A DNA stretch of 64,000 nucleotides, taken from Alphaproteobacteria bacterium (GTDB taxonomy: Bacteria > Pseudomonadota > Alphaproteobacteria > UBA6615). Both the position numbers and the translations under genes were made by a program. Positions 36,653-46,325 of the stretch are shown piece by piece (position 1 is the first letter of the stretch; each line of letters begins with the position of its first letter). The notes beneath the pieces were generated by a model, which saw only the letters and a program-made list of their open reading frames with translations, ran no database searches and was not told the origin of the DNA. The stretch covers positions 194,923 to 258,922 of the forward strand of contig OZ253937.1 of NCBI GenBank assembly GCA_965267185.1, written 5' to 3'.

Positions 36653-39600
36653 TGCGCCGCCTCCTGGATGAGGCCTTGCGCGGTCGATAGCGGTATCCCG
36701 CGCTCATAGGCGACGGTGCCGTCCCATTTCTCGATTTCCACCATGGCCAGGCCGTTGGCCATGGAGTGCGCCTGCTTCACTTGGGTGCGCGCGGGCGACA
36801 GCAGGTTGACGCAGCCGCCGCGGTCGACCGAGCGGCCCGGTTCGCCCGCCGGGTCGTAGACGGCGGAGGATTCATAAGCGTGGACGACACCGGGAATAAG
36901 CCGCGTGGTCAGATGGGCGGCGCAGATCACCGCGCCGCGGTCGTTGAAGATTTTCACCAGATCGTTTTGCGCGATACCGCGGGCGGCCGCATCGTCGGGG
37001 TGCAGGCGCACGATCCAGTAGTAATAGCCGTCGATCAGCACCCGGTGATCCTTGATGTCGTTCAGGAAGCTGTCCTTGCCGTCGCCCTGGGTGTGGAAGC
37101 TGTAGCGCACATGGGGTGTGATGAATTGTAGCGGGTAGCGGTCCGCCAGCTCGGGCACGTTGAGCCCCTCCCACGAGCGGATGTATCGGGGCAGCGGCGG
37201 CCGTTCCGGGTCGTTGGCGTCGAAGCGTTTCAGGCTCTCGGCGACGAATTCGAGCTTGCCCGATTGGGTCTGCAGCCCCTCCAGGAATTCTTCGGTGTAG
37301 TCGCCGGGCAGGGGCATGGCTTCGGGCACGTCCTTCTTGCGGCCCTCGGCGAACCAGCGGTAGGCGGGCGCCGGGCGCAAATCCTCGCGCTCCGGCGGCA
37401 CCACGAAGTAGCCTTTCTTGAGGAACTTCTGCCACGAAATCTGGCTCGGCAGGTCCGAGGCGTCGAACATGCGCTTGACCCAGTCGATGTCGCGCATGCC
37501 TTCGGTGAAATAGGAGCCGAGGCCCAGCCGCGTCGCGATGGCCGTGAAAATATCGTAGTCGGATTTGGACTCGCCCAACGGCTCGATGCATTTCGCCTGG
37601 AAGGCGATCACCCGGTGATTGACCTGGGAGTTGAAGTGGGCGCCGTAGCCGCCCGAGTGGGCCCACTCGCCGATATCGTAGCGCTCCAGATGGGTGCAGG
37701 CGGGCAGGATCACGTCGGCGAAGCGCGTGTCGCCCTCGTCCCAGATCGACTGGTTGACCACGAATTCCAGTTCGGGCGAGCGGTACATCTCCACGTAGCG
37801 GTTGGTGTCGCTCAGCGTGCCGAGAATGGCGTTGCCGTAGCGGTAGAGCATGTGCACTTTCGAATGGCCGGGCGCGGGATAGACCGTCTTCATGAACTGG
37901 CCTTCGATGGTCATCGCGTCCCACAGATAGCCTTCGGCGTAGCCGTCGAGAATCGCGTCGGGCAGCTTCAAGCGCGGAATGATCTGCTTCGACGGGTTGA
38001 TCGTCGCCAGTTGCGGCATGCGCTGATACAGGCTCACCGCGAGACCCGTGTGCGTGAGATCGCCGGAAATGCCGCCATCGGCATAGCCGGGGAAGTAGAA
38101 GCCGAAATCGTGGGGCACCCCGAGCTGCAAATTGCCCACATTGACGCCGGGCTTGCCCAAGCCCTGCATGCCCATGAGGCACACCATCATACGCGTCCAC
38201 TGGTTGCCGGTGGGGTTGCGCGCGGCGCCGCCGAAGGTGTTGCCCATGCCGCCGACTGCGAGATAGGTGCGCTTCGATCCCCATTCGCGGGCGAGCGCAC
38301 GCACGTCCTTGGCCGGTACGCCGGTCTCGGCCTCCTGCCATTCGGGCGTCTTGGGCACGCCGTCTTCCTCGCCCATCACATAGGCGCGCCACGTCTCGAA
38401 CCCGTGCGTGTGGGTCTCCACATAGTCCTTGTCGTAGAGCCCTTCGGCAATCCACACATTTGCAATGGCAAGCGCGAGCGCCGGCGAGGTGGTGGGCCGC
38501 GGCGCGATCCACTTGCCGCCGAGGAACTGCGCGGTGTCGTTCAGGTGCGGATCGATATGGACCATCGGAATGTCGAGGTCTTTGAGCCATTGCCGGCGCA
38601 CCGAGCCTTCCAGGCCGGAATAGATACCCGTCGTCGCCTCCGGATTGCTCGACCAGAAGACGATCATCTCGGCGTTTTCCAGACAGTCCTCGATGGTGCC
38701 GAAGGGCTCGCCGCCGCCGACGCGCAGGCTGCCGCCCCAATGGTGCACCGCGCCCCAATACCAGCCCTCCCAGCTATCGGGATTGTGGTGCACTTCGGTG
38801 GTGCCGATGGCGTTCATGAAGCGCATCTTGGCCGACAGGTAGTAGCCGATATTGCCCCAGTTATGGTGCGAGCCGTTGGACTGGGCGATGGCGCCCTGGC
38901 CGTAGTCGCGCTTCATGCGCTTGATTTCGCTGGCAACGATATCGAGCGCTTCGTCCCAGCCGATCGGCTCGTAACCCGAGACGCCCCGGTTCTGGATGTT
39001 GCGCTCGCCATTGGGATCGAAGTCGACGCGTTTGAGCGGCGTCAGCAGCCGGTTGGGCGCGTACACCATCGCCTTCCAGTTCTGGCCGTGGGGTGCCAGC
39101 GAGGTCTTGCGCGGCGGGGTGAAGGTTTTGCCGCGCGCTTTGATCGCGTAGGGCGGAGCATCGTCGTCGCCGAACACGATGGGCGTGGTGCGCACGATCT
39201 TGCCGTCTTTCACGTAGACGAACAGCGGGCCCCCATTGGTCATCGTGCAATAGCGCGTGGTGCCGTCGCCCGCCGGGCGGCCGATCTTCCAGCCGGCGCC
39301 GAGCGCCGTCATCACCGTCTGCGCGAACCAAACGGCGTCTTCGTCCTTCCCTTCGGGGTGAAAGAGAAAATTCTTCATCGCCTCGATCTGTTCGAGCTGG
39401 TCGATCGGCGGCATCAGCAGGCGCGCGCCGATCTCCGCGGTCTTGAACACCAGCGCCAGATCGGCGTTCGCGCCGATCCCGGCCTTCGACGACACGCGGC
39501 CCCCGGCGAAGACGAACGTCCGCCCGATCTTGCCGTCGGCGGTGCGCAGCACGACCGTTAGGTCTTTCTGCGCCAGACGTTCGCGAAACTCGGCGCTGCG

Positions 39601-39657
39601 CCGCCGCGCGAAGCGGAAGATCAGCGATAGACCAAACAGGATCAGCTTGAATTTCAT
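36649..39657 (-). CDS. Mo-bisPGD oxidoreductase, pyrogallol transhydroxylase alpha (AthL)/resorcinol hydroxylase-like large subunit
   Basis: [44 protein letters not shown] (Ser Mo ligand), [19 protein letters not shown]; ATG 39657 with GAGGAG RBS. Confidence 0.92.
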   Translation of the reverse strand: MKFKLILFGLSLIFRFARRRSAEFRERLAQKDLTVVLRTADGKIGRTFVFAGGRVSSKAGIGANADLALVFKTAEIGARLLMPPIDQLEQIEAMKNFLFHPEGKDEDAVWFAQTVMTALGAGWKIGRPAGDGTTRYCTMTNGGPLFVYVKDGKIVRTTPIVFGDDDAPPYAIKARGKTFTPPRKTSLAPHGQNWKAMVYAPNRLLTPLKRVDFDPNGERNIQNRGVSGYEPIGWDEALDIVASEIKRMKRDYGQGAIAQSNGSHHNWGNIGYYLSAKMRFMNAIGTTEVHHNPDSWEGWYWGAVHHWGGSLRVGGGEPFGTIEDCLENAEMIVFWSSNPEATTGIYSGLEGSVRRQWLKDLDIPMVHIDPHLNDTAQFLGGKWIAPRPTTSPALALAIANVWIAEGLYDKDYVETHTHGFETWRAYVMGEEDGVPKTPEWQEAETGVPAKDVRALAREWGSKRTYLAVGGMGNTFGGAARNPTGNQWTRMMVCLMGMQGLGKPGVNVGNLQLGVPHDFGFYFPGYADGGISGDLTHTGLAVSLYQRMPQLATINPSKQIIPRLKLPDAILDGYAEGYLWDAMTIEGQFMKTVYPAPGHSKVHMLYRYGNAILGTLSDTNRYVEMYRSPELEFVVNQSIWDEGDTRFADVILPACTHLERYDIGEWAHSGGYGAHFNSQVNHRVIAFQAKCIEPLGESKSDYDIFTAIATRLGLGSYFTEGMRDIDWVKRMFDASDLPSQISWQKFLKKGYFVVPPEREDLRPAPAYRWFAEGRKKDVPEAMPLPGDYTEEFLEGLQTQSGKLEFVAESLKRFDANDPERPPLPRYIRSWEGLNVPELADRYPLQFITPHVRYSFHTQGDGKDSFLNDIKDHRVLIDGYYYWIVRLHPDDAAARGIAQNDLVKIFNDRGAVICAAHLTTRLIPGVVHAYESSAVYDPAGEPGRSVDRGGCVNLLSPARTQVKQAHSMANGLAMVEIEKWDGTVAYERGIPLSTAQGLIQEAAQ

Positions 39658-39779
39658 GACGATCGGGCCTCTCCTCGTTCGCCGCGGCCAACGGCCGGGC
39701 CGGCGGCAATAGCGCGAAACCGAAATTGTCCCTGACGATCCCCGAAAACGACTGTCCATCGCGGCAATCGTCTTTTTAT

Positions 39780-39820
39780 TTGTATCGAATTACGATACAA
39801 GTGTACCGTATTACGGTCAA
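39780..39820. promoter_or_regulatory. Tandem palindromic operator boxes, probably for the adjacent IclR regulator
   Basis: TTGTATCG-AATTA-CGATACAA (perfect 8-bp arms) followed 21 bp later by TGTACCGTATTACGGTCAA, between divergent genes. Confidence 0.7.
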
Positions 39821-39885
39821 TCGTTAATTCGCCAGGCGGTTCGCCTTGTTTGACCCCCAGGAACCGCCCCATTGAAAGGGATTGC

Positions 39886-40650
39886 ATGTCGTCTGTTGAT
39901 GCCGAAGCCGGCCCGGCAGCCTCGGGCATTCAAGTCATCGCCCGGGCCGCGGCGATTTTGCGGGTGTTGAAAAACGCCGGCGACGGTCTCAGCCTGGGAC
40001 AGATCGCCAGCCACGTGGGCCTGCCGCGCTCGACCGTGCAGCGCATCGTCAACGCGTTACTGGCTGAGCGCCTGGTCGCCCCGGCGGGCCCCGCGGGCGG
40101 CTACCGCCTCGGCCCGGAACTGCAATCGCTGGCGATGGCGGGCCGCACCGGCGTCGCCGACCTGGCGCGCCCTTATCTGACCGAGCTCTCGCGGCAAACC
40201 GGCGAGACCGTCGACCTGGCGGAATTCGAGACCGACCATTTGGTGTTCATCGATCAAATCGTCGGCACCCAGCGCCTGCGCGCCGTCGCGACGGTGGGCG
40301 AACGGTTTCCCGTGACCACCACGGCGAACGGTAAAGCGTGCCTTTCCTTGTTGGACGAGGGCCAGGCCGCAGACATCGCTCGCCGCGAACTCGACGGTGG
40401 CGATACGAAGGGGCGGACGTTGCAGGATTTCCTGACCGAGCTAGAGCAGGTCCGCGCGCGCGGCGTCGCCTATGACTTGGGCGAGCACACCGACGGCATT
40501 AGCGCCGCCGGCGTTTCTTTCGAAGACTCCGATGGGCGGATCTACGCGGTCTCCATCCCGGCGCCGTCGCACCGCTTCGAGCGCAACAAGGCCGAACTAA
40601 AGGACGGCCTGTTGCGGACCGTGGAGAAAATTAAAACCGCACTCGGTTAG
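39886..40650 (+). CDS. IclR-family transcriptional regulator
   Basis: GIQVIARAAAIL, GLPRSTVQRIV, TGETVDL, TANGKA, GVAYDLGEH. Confidence 0.93.
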   Translation: MSSVDAEAGPAASGIQVIARAAAILRVLKNAGDGLSLGQIASHVGLPRSTVQRIVNALLAERLVAPAGPAGGYRLGPELQSLAMAGRTGVADLARPYLTELSRQTGETVDLAEFETDHLVFIDQIVGTQRLRAVATVGERFPVTTTANGKACLSLLDEGQAADIARRELDGGDTKGRTLQDFLTELEQVRARGVAYDLGEHTDGISAAGVSFEDSDGRIYAVSIPAPSHRFERNKAELKDGLLRTVEKIKTALG

Positions 40651-41234
40651 TCCGCCGTGTCGAGCCCCGCATTGAACTTGAAGCCGATGTCCTTCAGCTT
40701 CGTTAGCGTATCGGCGCCGAATTCGTCTTCCACCTCGTCGGCGACCGACGGCGCGTAGGCAACCCGGTCGTTGCTCGTCGGGTCGGCCAGCTCGATGATG
40801 GCGAGCAGGCGCGCGGTCTCGTCGGAGATGTTACGGAAGGCGCGGCTGACGCCCGGCGGCACCGACACGAAGTCGAGCGGCCCGATCTCCATGCGGTTCT
40901 CGCCGTTATCACCCCAGGTCACCTCGAACCGTCCTTGCAGGCACAGAAAGTTCTCGATGGTGATCTCGTGATTGTGGAGGCCCGGCCCATTGCCCGGCGG
41001 GCATTCGGCGATTGCCAGGGTGAGACGCTCGCCCGCTTTGACCGGCGCCATCGCGCTGCGGCCGGTATATTCCTCGGGCACCATGATGGGAAACACGTTG
41101 TGCGCCGTCAGCTTCTCGACCACGGCGCGCGGAATGCCGTTCGACTCGTCGTGCTGGTCCTTGTAGGGCACCAGGTCTTCGAAGCGCGCCGAACGCTTGG
41201 CCATCTCCTCGGGTGTGACTTTAATCGATTTCAT
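40647..41234 (-). CDS. Cupin-domain protein
   Basis: GPGLHNHEITIENF, GPLDFVSVPPGVSRAFRN. Confidence 0.85.
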   Translation of the reverse strand: MKSIKVTPEEMAKRSARFEDLVPYKDQHDESNGIPRAVVEKLTAHNVFPIMVPEEYTGRSAMAPVKAGERLTLAIAECPPGNGPGLHNHEITIENFLCLQGRFEVTWGDNGENRMEIGPLDFVSVPPGVSRAFRNISDETARLLAIIELADPTSNDRVAYAPSVADEVEDEFGADTLTKLKDIGFKFNAGLDTAD

Positions 41235-41485
41235 CGCGGGGTTCCTCCAGCCGGGCTTTATGGTTTTCTTTTTCGCGCGGCGGGGCGGGTTCCGGCGCTC
41301 GAATGATCGCTTGAAAGACTAGCGGGAAACCGGCCGCAGAGATAGCGCAGCGCAGCCGTCGACTAAATCCGTTGAAGTTTGCGCCGACTCTGGTCAAGGT
41401 GTTTGCTACAGTCGCGGTAGCATAGTCATTGCTTGCAGCCGTTCGCAGCGATACAAGTCTATCGTCTCGCATCGGGAGGGAGCGC

Positions 41486-43270
41486 GTGGCAGACACGAAG
41501 CGGTTTCTTGTCGTCCTGATCAAGCCGTCCCACTATGACGACGACGGCTACGTCATCCAGTGGGCGCGTTCGCCGATTCCTTCGAACTCGCTCGCCTCCG
41601 TCTATGCCCTGGTGAGCGAGTGCGCCGAGCAGCGCGTGCTTGGCCCCGACGTCGAGATCGCTATCGAAGCGTACGACGAAACCAACACGGTCACGCGCTT
41701 CAAGCCGCTGATCCGCGAGCTTAAGGCCGCCGACGGATGCATGGTCGGCCTGGTCGGCGTCCAATCCAACCAGTTCCCCCGCGCGGTCGATATCGCCCGC
41801 CGCTTCCGGGCCGCCGACATTCCCGTTGTCATCGGCGGCTTCCACGCCGCTGGCTGTATTTCGATGCTCGACGAGCTGCCGCCGGAGATCCGCGAGGCCC
41901 AGGAGATGGGCGTCACGATCTATGCCGGCGAGTCCGAGGGCCGCATGGACACGCTGCTGAAGGATGTGTGGGCCGGCACGGCCAAGCCGCTCTACAACTA
42001 CATGGACGACCTGCCGCACCTCGAGGGGCGCACGCTGCCGTTTCTGCCCGCCCGCGTTATCCGCAAGATGGCGGGCGCCTACACCAGCTTCGACTCGGGC
42101 CGCGGCTGCCCGTTCCAATGCTCGTTCTGCACGATCATCAACGTCCAAGGGCGCAAGTCGCGCTATCGCACGCCCGACGACGTCGAAGAGCTGATCCGCA
42201 TCAACGTCGCCCAGGGCATCAAGCGGTTTTTCATTACCGACGATAACTTCGCCCGCAACAAGAACTGGGAGGCGATCCTCGACCGCATGATTTATCTGCG
42301 CGAAGAGGAAGGCATAAAGTTCCGAACCGTTCTGCAGGTCGACACGCTGTGCCATCGGCTGCCGGGTTTCGTCGAGAAGGCGGCGCGCGCCGGCTGCAAC
42401 CGCGTGTTCATCGGACTCGAAAACATCGACCCCGACGCGCTCGCCGCGGCCAAGAAACGGCAGAACAAGATCTGGGAATACCGCAAGATGCTGCAGGCCT
42501 GGAAGATGGCCGGCGTCGTGACCTATGCGGGCTATATTATCGGCTTCCCCGACGACACGCCCGAAAAGATCCGCCGCAACATTGAGATCGTCAAGGAGGA
42601 ACTGCCGCTCGACCTCATCGAGTTTTTCTTCCTCACGCCGCTGCCGGGTTCCGAAGATCACCAGGGGCTGCACCGTCACGGCATCTGGATGGACCCCGAT
42701 CTCAATAAATACGACCTCAATCACCGGGTCGCCCATCATCCGCTGATGTCGGACGCCGAGTGGGAGAAGCTCTACTTCGATTCCTGGAAGCAGTATTACA
42801 CGCTCGACCATGTCGAAACGATTTTGCGCCGCGGCGCGGCCTGCGGCGCGCGCACCAAGTCACTCGGCTATTCGATGATGCACTTTCTCGGCTCGATCCT
42901 GATCGAGAACGCGCACCCGCTGGAAACCGGGATCTTCCGCCGCAAGGTGCGGACCCAGCGCCGCTACGGCATGCCCATCGAGAATCCGATCATCTTCTAC
43001 CCGCGCCGCGCCGTCGAAGTGCTCGTCAACGCCACGCGCTGGGCCAACCTGTATTTTAAGTTCCGCGCGATCCGCAACCGCGTCGCCAACGATCCGGACG
43101 CCAAGAACTACACCGACCTGTCGCTGACCCCGGTCACCGAAGAGGAAGAGGCGGGGCTCGACATCATCAAGACGTTCCAGGACGCCATTCCCAACACCCA
43201 CGGCGCCCCCGTCACTGCGGACGCGGACACCAAGACAGCCGCGACGACCCCGAGCCAAGCCGCCGAATAG
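41486..43270 (+). CDS. B12-binding-domain radical SAM protein
   Basis: RGCPFQCSFC (CxxxCxxC); N-terminal VGVQSNQFPRA..VVIGGFH; FITDDNF; GTG start with GGGAGG RBS. Confidence 0.9.
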   Translation: MADTKRFLVVLIKPSHYDDDGYVIQWARSPIPSNSLASVYALVSECAEQRVLGPDVEIAIEAYDETNTVTRFKPLIRELKAADGCMVGLVGVQSNQFPRAVDIARRFRAADIPVVIGGFHAAGCISMLDELPPEIREAQEMGVTIYAGESEGRMDTLLKDVWAGTAKPLYNYMDDLPHLEGRTLPFLPARVIRKMAGAYTSFDSGRGCPFQCSFCTIINVQGRKSRYRTPDDVEELIRINVAQGIKRFFITDDNFARNKNWEAILDRMIYLREEEGIKFRTVLQVDTLCHRLPGFVEKAARAGCNRVFIGLENIDPDALAAAKKRQNKIWEYRKMLQAWKMAGVVTYAGYIIGFPDDTPEKIRRNIEIVKEELPLDLIEFFFLTPLPGSEDHQGLHRHGIWMDPDLNKYDLNHRVAHHPLMSDAEWEKLYFDSWKQYYTLDHVETILRRGAACGARTKSLGYSMMHFLGSILIENAHPLETGIFRRKVRTQRRYGMPIENPIIFYPRRAVEVLVNATRWANLYFKFRAIRNRVANDPDAKNYTDLSLTPVTEEEEAGLDIIKTFQDAIPNTHGAPVTADADTKTAATTPSQAAE

Positions 43271-43355
43271 CGCCGTCGACCGACCTGTTGGCGCTTACTT
43301 GCGCTGAGTTGTGCTGACCACATCACCCTAGTTGCCCAGGACGATCGCTTACGAC

Positions 43356-43478
43356 AGCTTCGCCCTTCGAGACGCCGCCCTTTGGCCGGCTCCTCAGGGT
43401 GAGGCTGTTTGGGAGATTGGCGGATTTCCTCATCCTGAGGGCGAGCGCAGCGAGCGTCTCGAAGGATGCGGAAATCCG
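43356..43478. repeat. Two inverted, un-nested REP-like units of the CCTTCGAGAC...CCTCAGGrTGAGG family
   Basis: CCCTTCGAGACGCCG..CGGCTCCTCAGGGTGAGG, then CCTCATCCTGAGGGCGAGCGCAGCGAGCGTCTCGAAGGA flanked by CGGATTTC/GAAATCCG. Confidence 0.85.
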
Positions 43479-43565
43479 TATAAAGCCACACGTGGCTCGG
43501 CCGCTTTCCCTTATACGCTTCGCCGGTTAGGCTTTGTCGGTTGGCATGGCAACCTGGTGACTTCA

Positions 43566-44258
43566 ATGACAATCATTTTATACGATCTGGTGGGCGTCGA
43601 CGGGCGGCGCTTCAGCTCCAACTGCTGGCGTACGCGCCTGGCGCTGGCCCACAAGGGCCTGGAGTGCGAGACCGTGCCGACGCCATTCACCGCGATCAGT
43701 GAAATCGGCGACGGCTCGTTCAAAACCATCCCGGTAATCGACGATAACGGCACCTGGGTGGTCGACAGCTGGCTGATCGCCGAATATCTCGACGACACCT
43801 ACCCGGACCGCCCGCCGGTGCTCGGCGGCAGCGACGGCCGCCAGCATGCCCGCTTCGTGCAGGATTGGGCGATGAGCCGCATCCAGCCGCTGGTCATGAC
43901 CATGATCGTCGAGGATATCTACGCCCAGCTCGATCCGGCCGATAAGGACTATTTCTTCGAAAGCCGCAGCAAGCGTCTCGGCCGCGACATCACCGGTATT
44001 CAGGAAAACCGCGAAGAAAAGCTGCCGGAACTACGCGAGCGGCTGGAACCGATGCGCCGGGTCGTCGCCGAAACGCCGTTCCTCGGCGGCGAGCTGCCCA
44101 CCTATGCCGACTATGTGGCGCTCAGCCCGTTCATCTGGGCGCGCACGGTGAGCCCGTGCCCGCTCGTGGAAGCCGGCGATCCGGTTTACGACTGGTTCCA
44201 GCGCATTCTCGATCTCTACGATGGTTTGGCGCGTGCCAATCCTGGCTACGATTGGTAG
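43566..44258 (+). CDS. Glutathione S-transferase, LigE/beta-etherase-related class
   Basis: IILYDL, FSSNCWRTRLALAHKG, PVIDDNGTWVVDSWLIAEYLDDTYPDRP, FLGGELPTYADY. Confidence 0.85.
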   Translation: MTIILYDLVGVDGRRFSSNCWRTRLALAHKGLECETVPTPFTAISEIGDGSFKTIPVIDDNGTWVVDSWLIAEYLDDTYPDRPPVLGGSDGRQHARFVQDWAMSRIQPLVMTMIVEDIYAQLDPADKDYFFESRSKRLGRDITGIQENREEKLPELRERLEPMRRVVAETPFLGGELPTYADYVALSPFIWARTVSPCPLVEAGDPVYDWFQRILDLYDGLARANPGYDW

Positions 44259-44287
44259 GGCGAATAAGAAAACAGGGGGAGGGGACC

Positions 44288-45295
44288 GTGGCTGATATCG
44301 AATTCAAGCTGGGCACGTTTGCCAAGAACGGCGATTCCAAAAATGGCGGGGCGCCGTTCGTCGGGCTGGTGATCGGCGACAATATCTACGAGCTGGCCGC
44401 CGTCGCCGAGACCCATGGCCGGCGCAACGTGACGACGACTGCCGGGATTCAAGAGATGCTCGCCGAGTGGGACGAGAACTTCGACGGGTTGTGCGCCATC
44501 GCCGACTTTGTTGCCGAGGAGAGCGGTGACGACGAGGGCTGGGGCGGGGCGGTGAAGCTGGCCGATCTGCACGCGCTGCCACCGATTTTGAGCCCATCGA
44601 AAATGATCTACGCCGCGGCCAACTATGGCGGCCATATCCGCGAGATGCTCAACGCCGGCACAGCGCAGAACGAGGAAGAGCGCGAAAACATGCTCGACCG
44701 CGACAAGGCGCGGGTGCGGCCTTATTCGTTCCTAAAGGCGCCGAGTTCCCTGGCCGGCGCGTTCGACGATATCGTCATTCCGCAACAGTACGAGAAGATC
44801 GACTGGGAGGTGGAGCTGGCGCTGGCGATCGGCAAAACCGCCAAGCGGGTGAAGGCGGAACATGCGCTCGATTACGTCGCCGGCTACATGACCACCAACG
44901 ACGTCACCGCCCGCGACGGGCAGGGCCGCCCCGACTGGCCGACCCTGCGCACCGACTGGTTCACCGGCAAGAGCCACGACACCTTCGCGCCCATGGGGCC
45001 GTACTTCGTGCCCGCCGCCTTCGTGCCCGACTACCGGGCGGTGCAGCTCACGCTGAAGGTCAACGGCGAGACCAAGCAGGACGACCCGGCGGGCGAGATG
45101 GTGTTCTCCGCCGAAGAGCAGATCGAGCACGCCTCGGCCCAGCTCGCGCTCCATCCCGGCGATATCATCTCCACCGGCACGCCCGAAGGCGTCGGCCACG
45201 GCCAGGGCACCTATCTCAGCGCAGGCGATATCGTCGAAGCCGAAGCTGCCGGCCTCGGCGCCCAGCGCTGCCGCGTGGTGGCAGAGGAGGGGTGA
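44288..45295 (+). CDS. Fumarylacetoacetate hydrolase family protein
   Basis: AANYGGH, FLKAPSS, IDWEVEL, NDVTARD, GKSHDTFAPMGP, GDIISTGTPEGVG. Confidence 0.92.
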   Translation: MADIEFKLGTFAKNGDSKNGGAPFVGLVIGDNIYELAAVAETHGRRNVTTTAGIQEMLAEWDENFDGLCAIADFVAEESGDDEGWGGAVKLADLHALPPILSPSKMIYAAANYGGHIREMLNAGTAQNEEERENMLDRDKARVRPYSFLKAPSSLAGAFDDIVIPQQYEKIDWEVELALAIGKTAKRVKAEHALDYVAGYMTTNDVTARDGQGRPDWPTLRTDWFTGKSHDTFAPMGPYFVPAAFVPDYRAVQLTLKVNGETKQDDPAGEMVFSAEEQIEHASAQLALHPGDIISTGTPEGVGHGQGTYLSAGDIVEAEAAGLGAQRCRVVAEEG

Positions 45296-45296
45296 T

Positions 45297-45349
45297 TAGG
45301 GGAGCGGGGTGACACACTTAAGATAGGTAAACTGTCGCCGTAATCCCTA
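45297..45349. repeat. REPIN-like doublet of the TAAACTGTCACCGTAAT family
   Basis: GGTGACA (45308) ... TAAACTGTCGCCGTAAT (45328-45344), framed by TAGGG/CCCTA. Confidence 0.6.
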
Positions 45350-45397
45350 CCGTTCGCTGTAAGCTGATCTTGGATTGATCGATTTGATAGCCAACAC

Positions 45398-46219
45398 ATG
45401 ATCGAGGTTGTCCTCGTCTATGTGATCCCCGGCGTGTTCGCCGGTGTGGTCGCGGCGATGTTCGGGGTCGGCGGCGGCTTTGCCGTCGCGCCGCTGCTGC
45501 TGCTCGCGCTGACCCTGCAGAACATCGGTGGGGACTACATGATGCACCTCACGATCGGCACGACGTTGGCCGTGATCTTCATCACCGCAGGCTATTCCGC
45601 GGTGCTGCGCTGGCGCGCCGGCGACACGAATTTCCGGCTTATCATGCGGTTCGCCCCGCTCGTGGTGATCGGCGCCGTGATCGGTTCGATAATTGGCGAT
45701 GCCCTGCCGGGGTGGCTGCTGAAGATCATCTTTATCTTCTTCATCGCCGTCACCATCTTGCGAGGCTTGTTCCGAAAACGCATGAGCGATTTGCAGAGCA
45801 GTACCGACCTGTCGGAGGTGCGCGGTGCCGAATATTGGCTTTCCGGCGGCCTCGCGGGGCTGCTCGGTTCGTTGATGGGACCGGGTCCGGCAGTGCTTAT
45901 CGCCCCGTTCCTGCGCAAGTTGCGGTTTTCGATGGCAACGACTGTGGCGACCAGCTCGGCGCTGGCGGCGTGCCTCGGCTTGATTGCCGGGGGCGGCTAC
46001 ATTGTCGGTGGCCTCGATGAGTCCGGACTACCCCCGTGGAGCCTCGGCTATATCTACCTGCCCGCTTTCATTGGGCTTGCCGGTGGCGGGCTTGTCGGCG
46101 CACCGCTTGGCGTCGCCGTCTCGCGCAAAATTGACGATCATCTGCAGGAGAGGCTCTATCTCCTCTACCTTGCTATCGTCTTGGTCGTGATGCTGCTGCA
46201 TGGCCGCACCGGCCTCTAA
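45398..46219 (+). CDS. TauE/SafE-family membrane transporter
   Basis: GVFAGVVAAMFGVGGG, IGTTLA, GYIYLPA; about 8 TM segments. Confidence 0.88.
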   Translation: MIEVVLVYVIPGVFAGVVAAMFGVGGGFAVAPLLLLALTLQNIGGDYMMHLTIGTTLAVIFITAGYSAVLRWRAGDTNFRLIMRFAPLVVIGAVIGSIIGDALPGWLLKIIFIFFIAVTILRGLFRKRMSDLQSSTDLSEVRGAEYWLSGGLAGLLGSLMGPGPAVLIAPFLRKLRFSMATTVATSSALAACLGLIAGGGYIVGGLDESGLPPWSLGYIYLPAFIGLAGGGLVGAPLGVAVSRKIDDHLQERLYLLYLAIVLVVMLLHGRTGL

Positions 46220-46224
46220 CCAGC

Positions 46225-46290
46225 TTATGGTGACAGTTTAGGAAACCCGTCTGGTCGATGCCAGATTGACGATCAGCTAAACTCGCGCCA
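46225..46290. repeat. Decayed doublet of the TAAACTGTCACCGTAAT family
   Basis: TTATGGTGACAGTTTAG (46225-46241) with a partial partner CTAAACTCGCGCCA (46277-46290). Confidence 0.5.
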
Positions 46291-46325
46291 ACCTTGTCGC
46301 CAACGATAAAAGGGGAACGCGCGCC

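Noticed and set aside
36872-38758. 628-aa Arg/Gly/Pro-rich same-strand ORF inside the Mo-enzyme gene (also 32359-33657, 35769-36707)
   Set aside because: Alternative-frame artefact of GC-biased codon usage; the main frame is intact, so no frameshift is needed.
37264-39561. 765-aa plus-strand ORF (and similar long ORFs at 47166-49361, 31433-33154, 22685-24229, 16700-18112, 41459-42811, 59892-61145)
   Set aside because: Antisense shadows of well-supported genes; expected in high-GC DNA and without recognisable motifs.
43332-43565. N-terminal extension of the GST ORF, and ORFs 43108-43572 and 4686-5042
   Set aside because: They read through REP palindromes (PHPEE-type peptides); the GST fold starts at ATG 43566.
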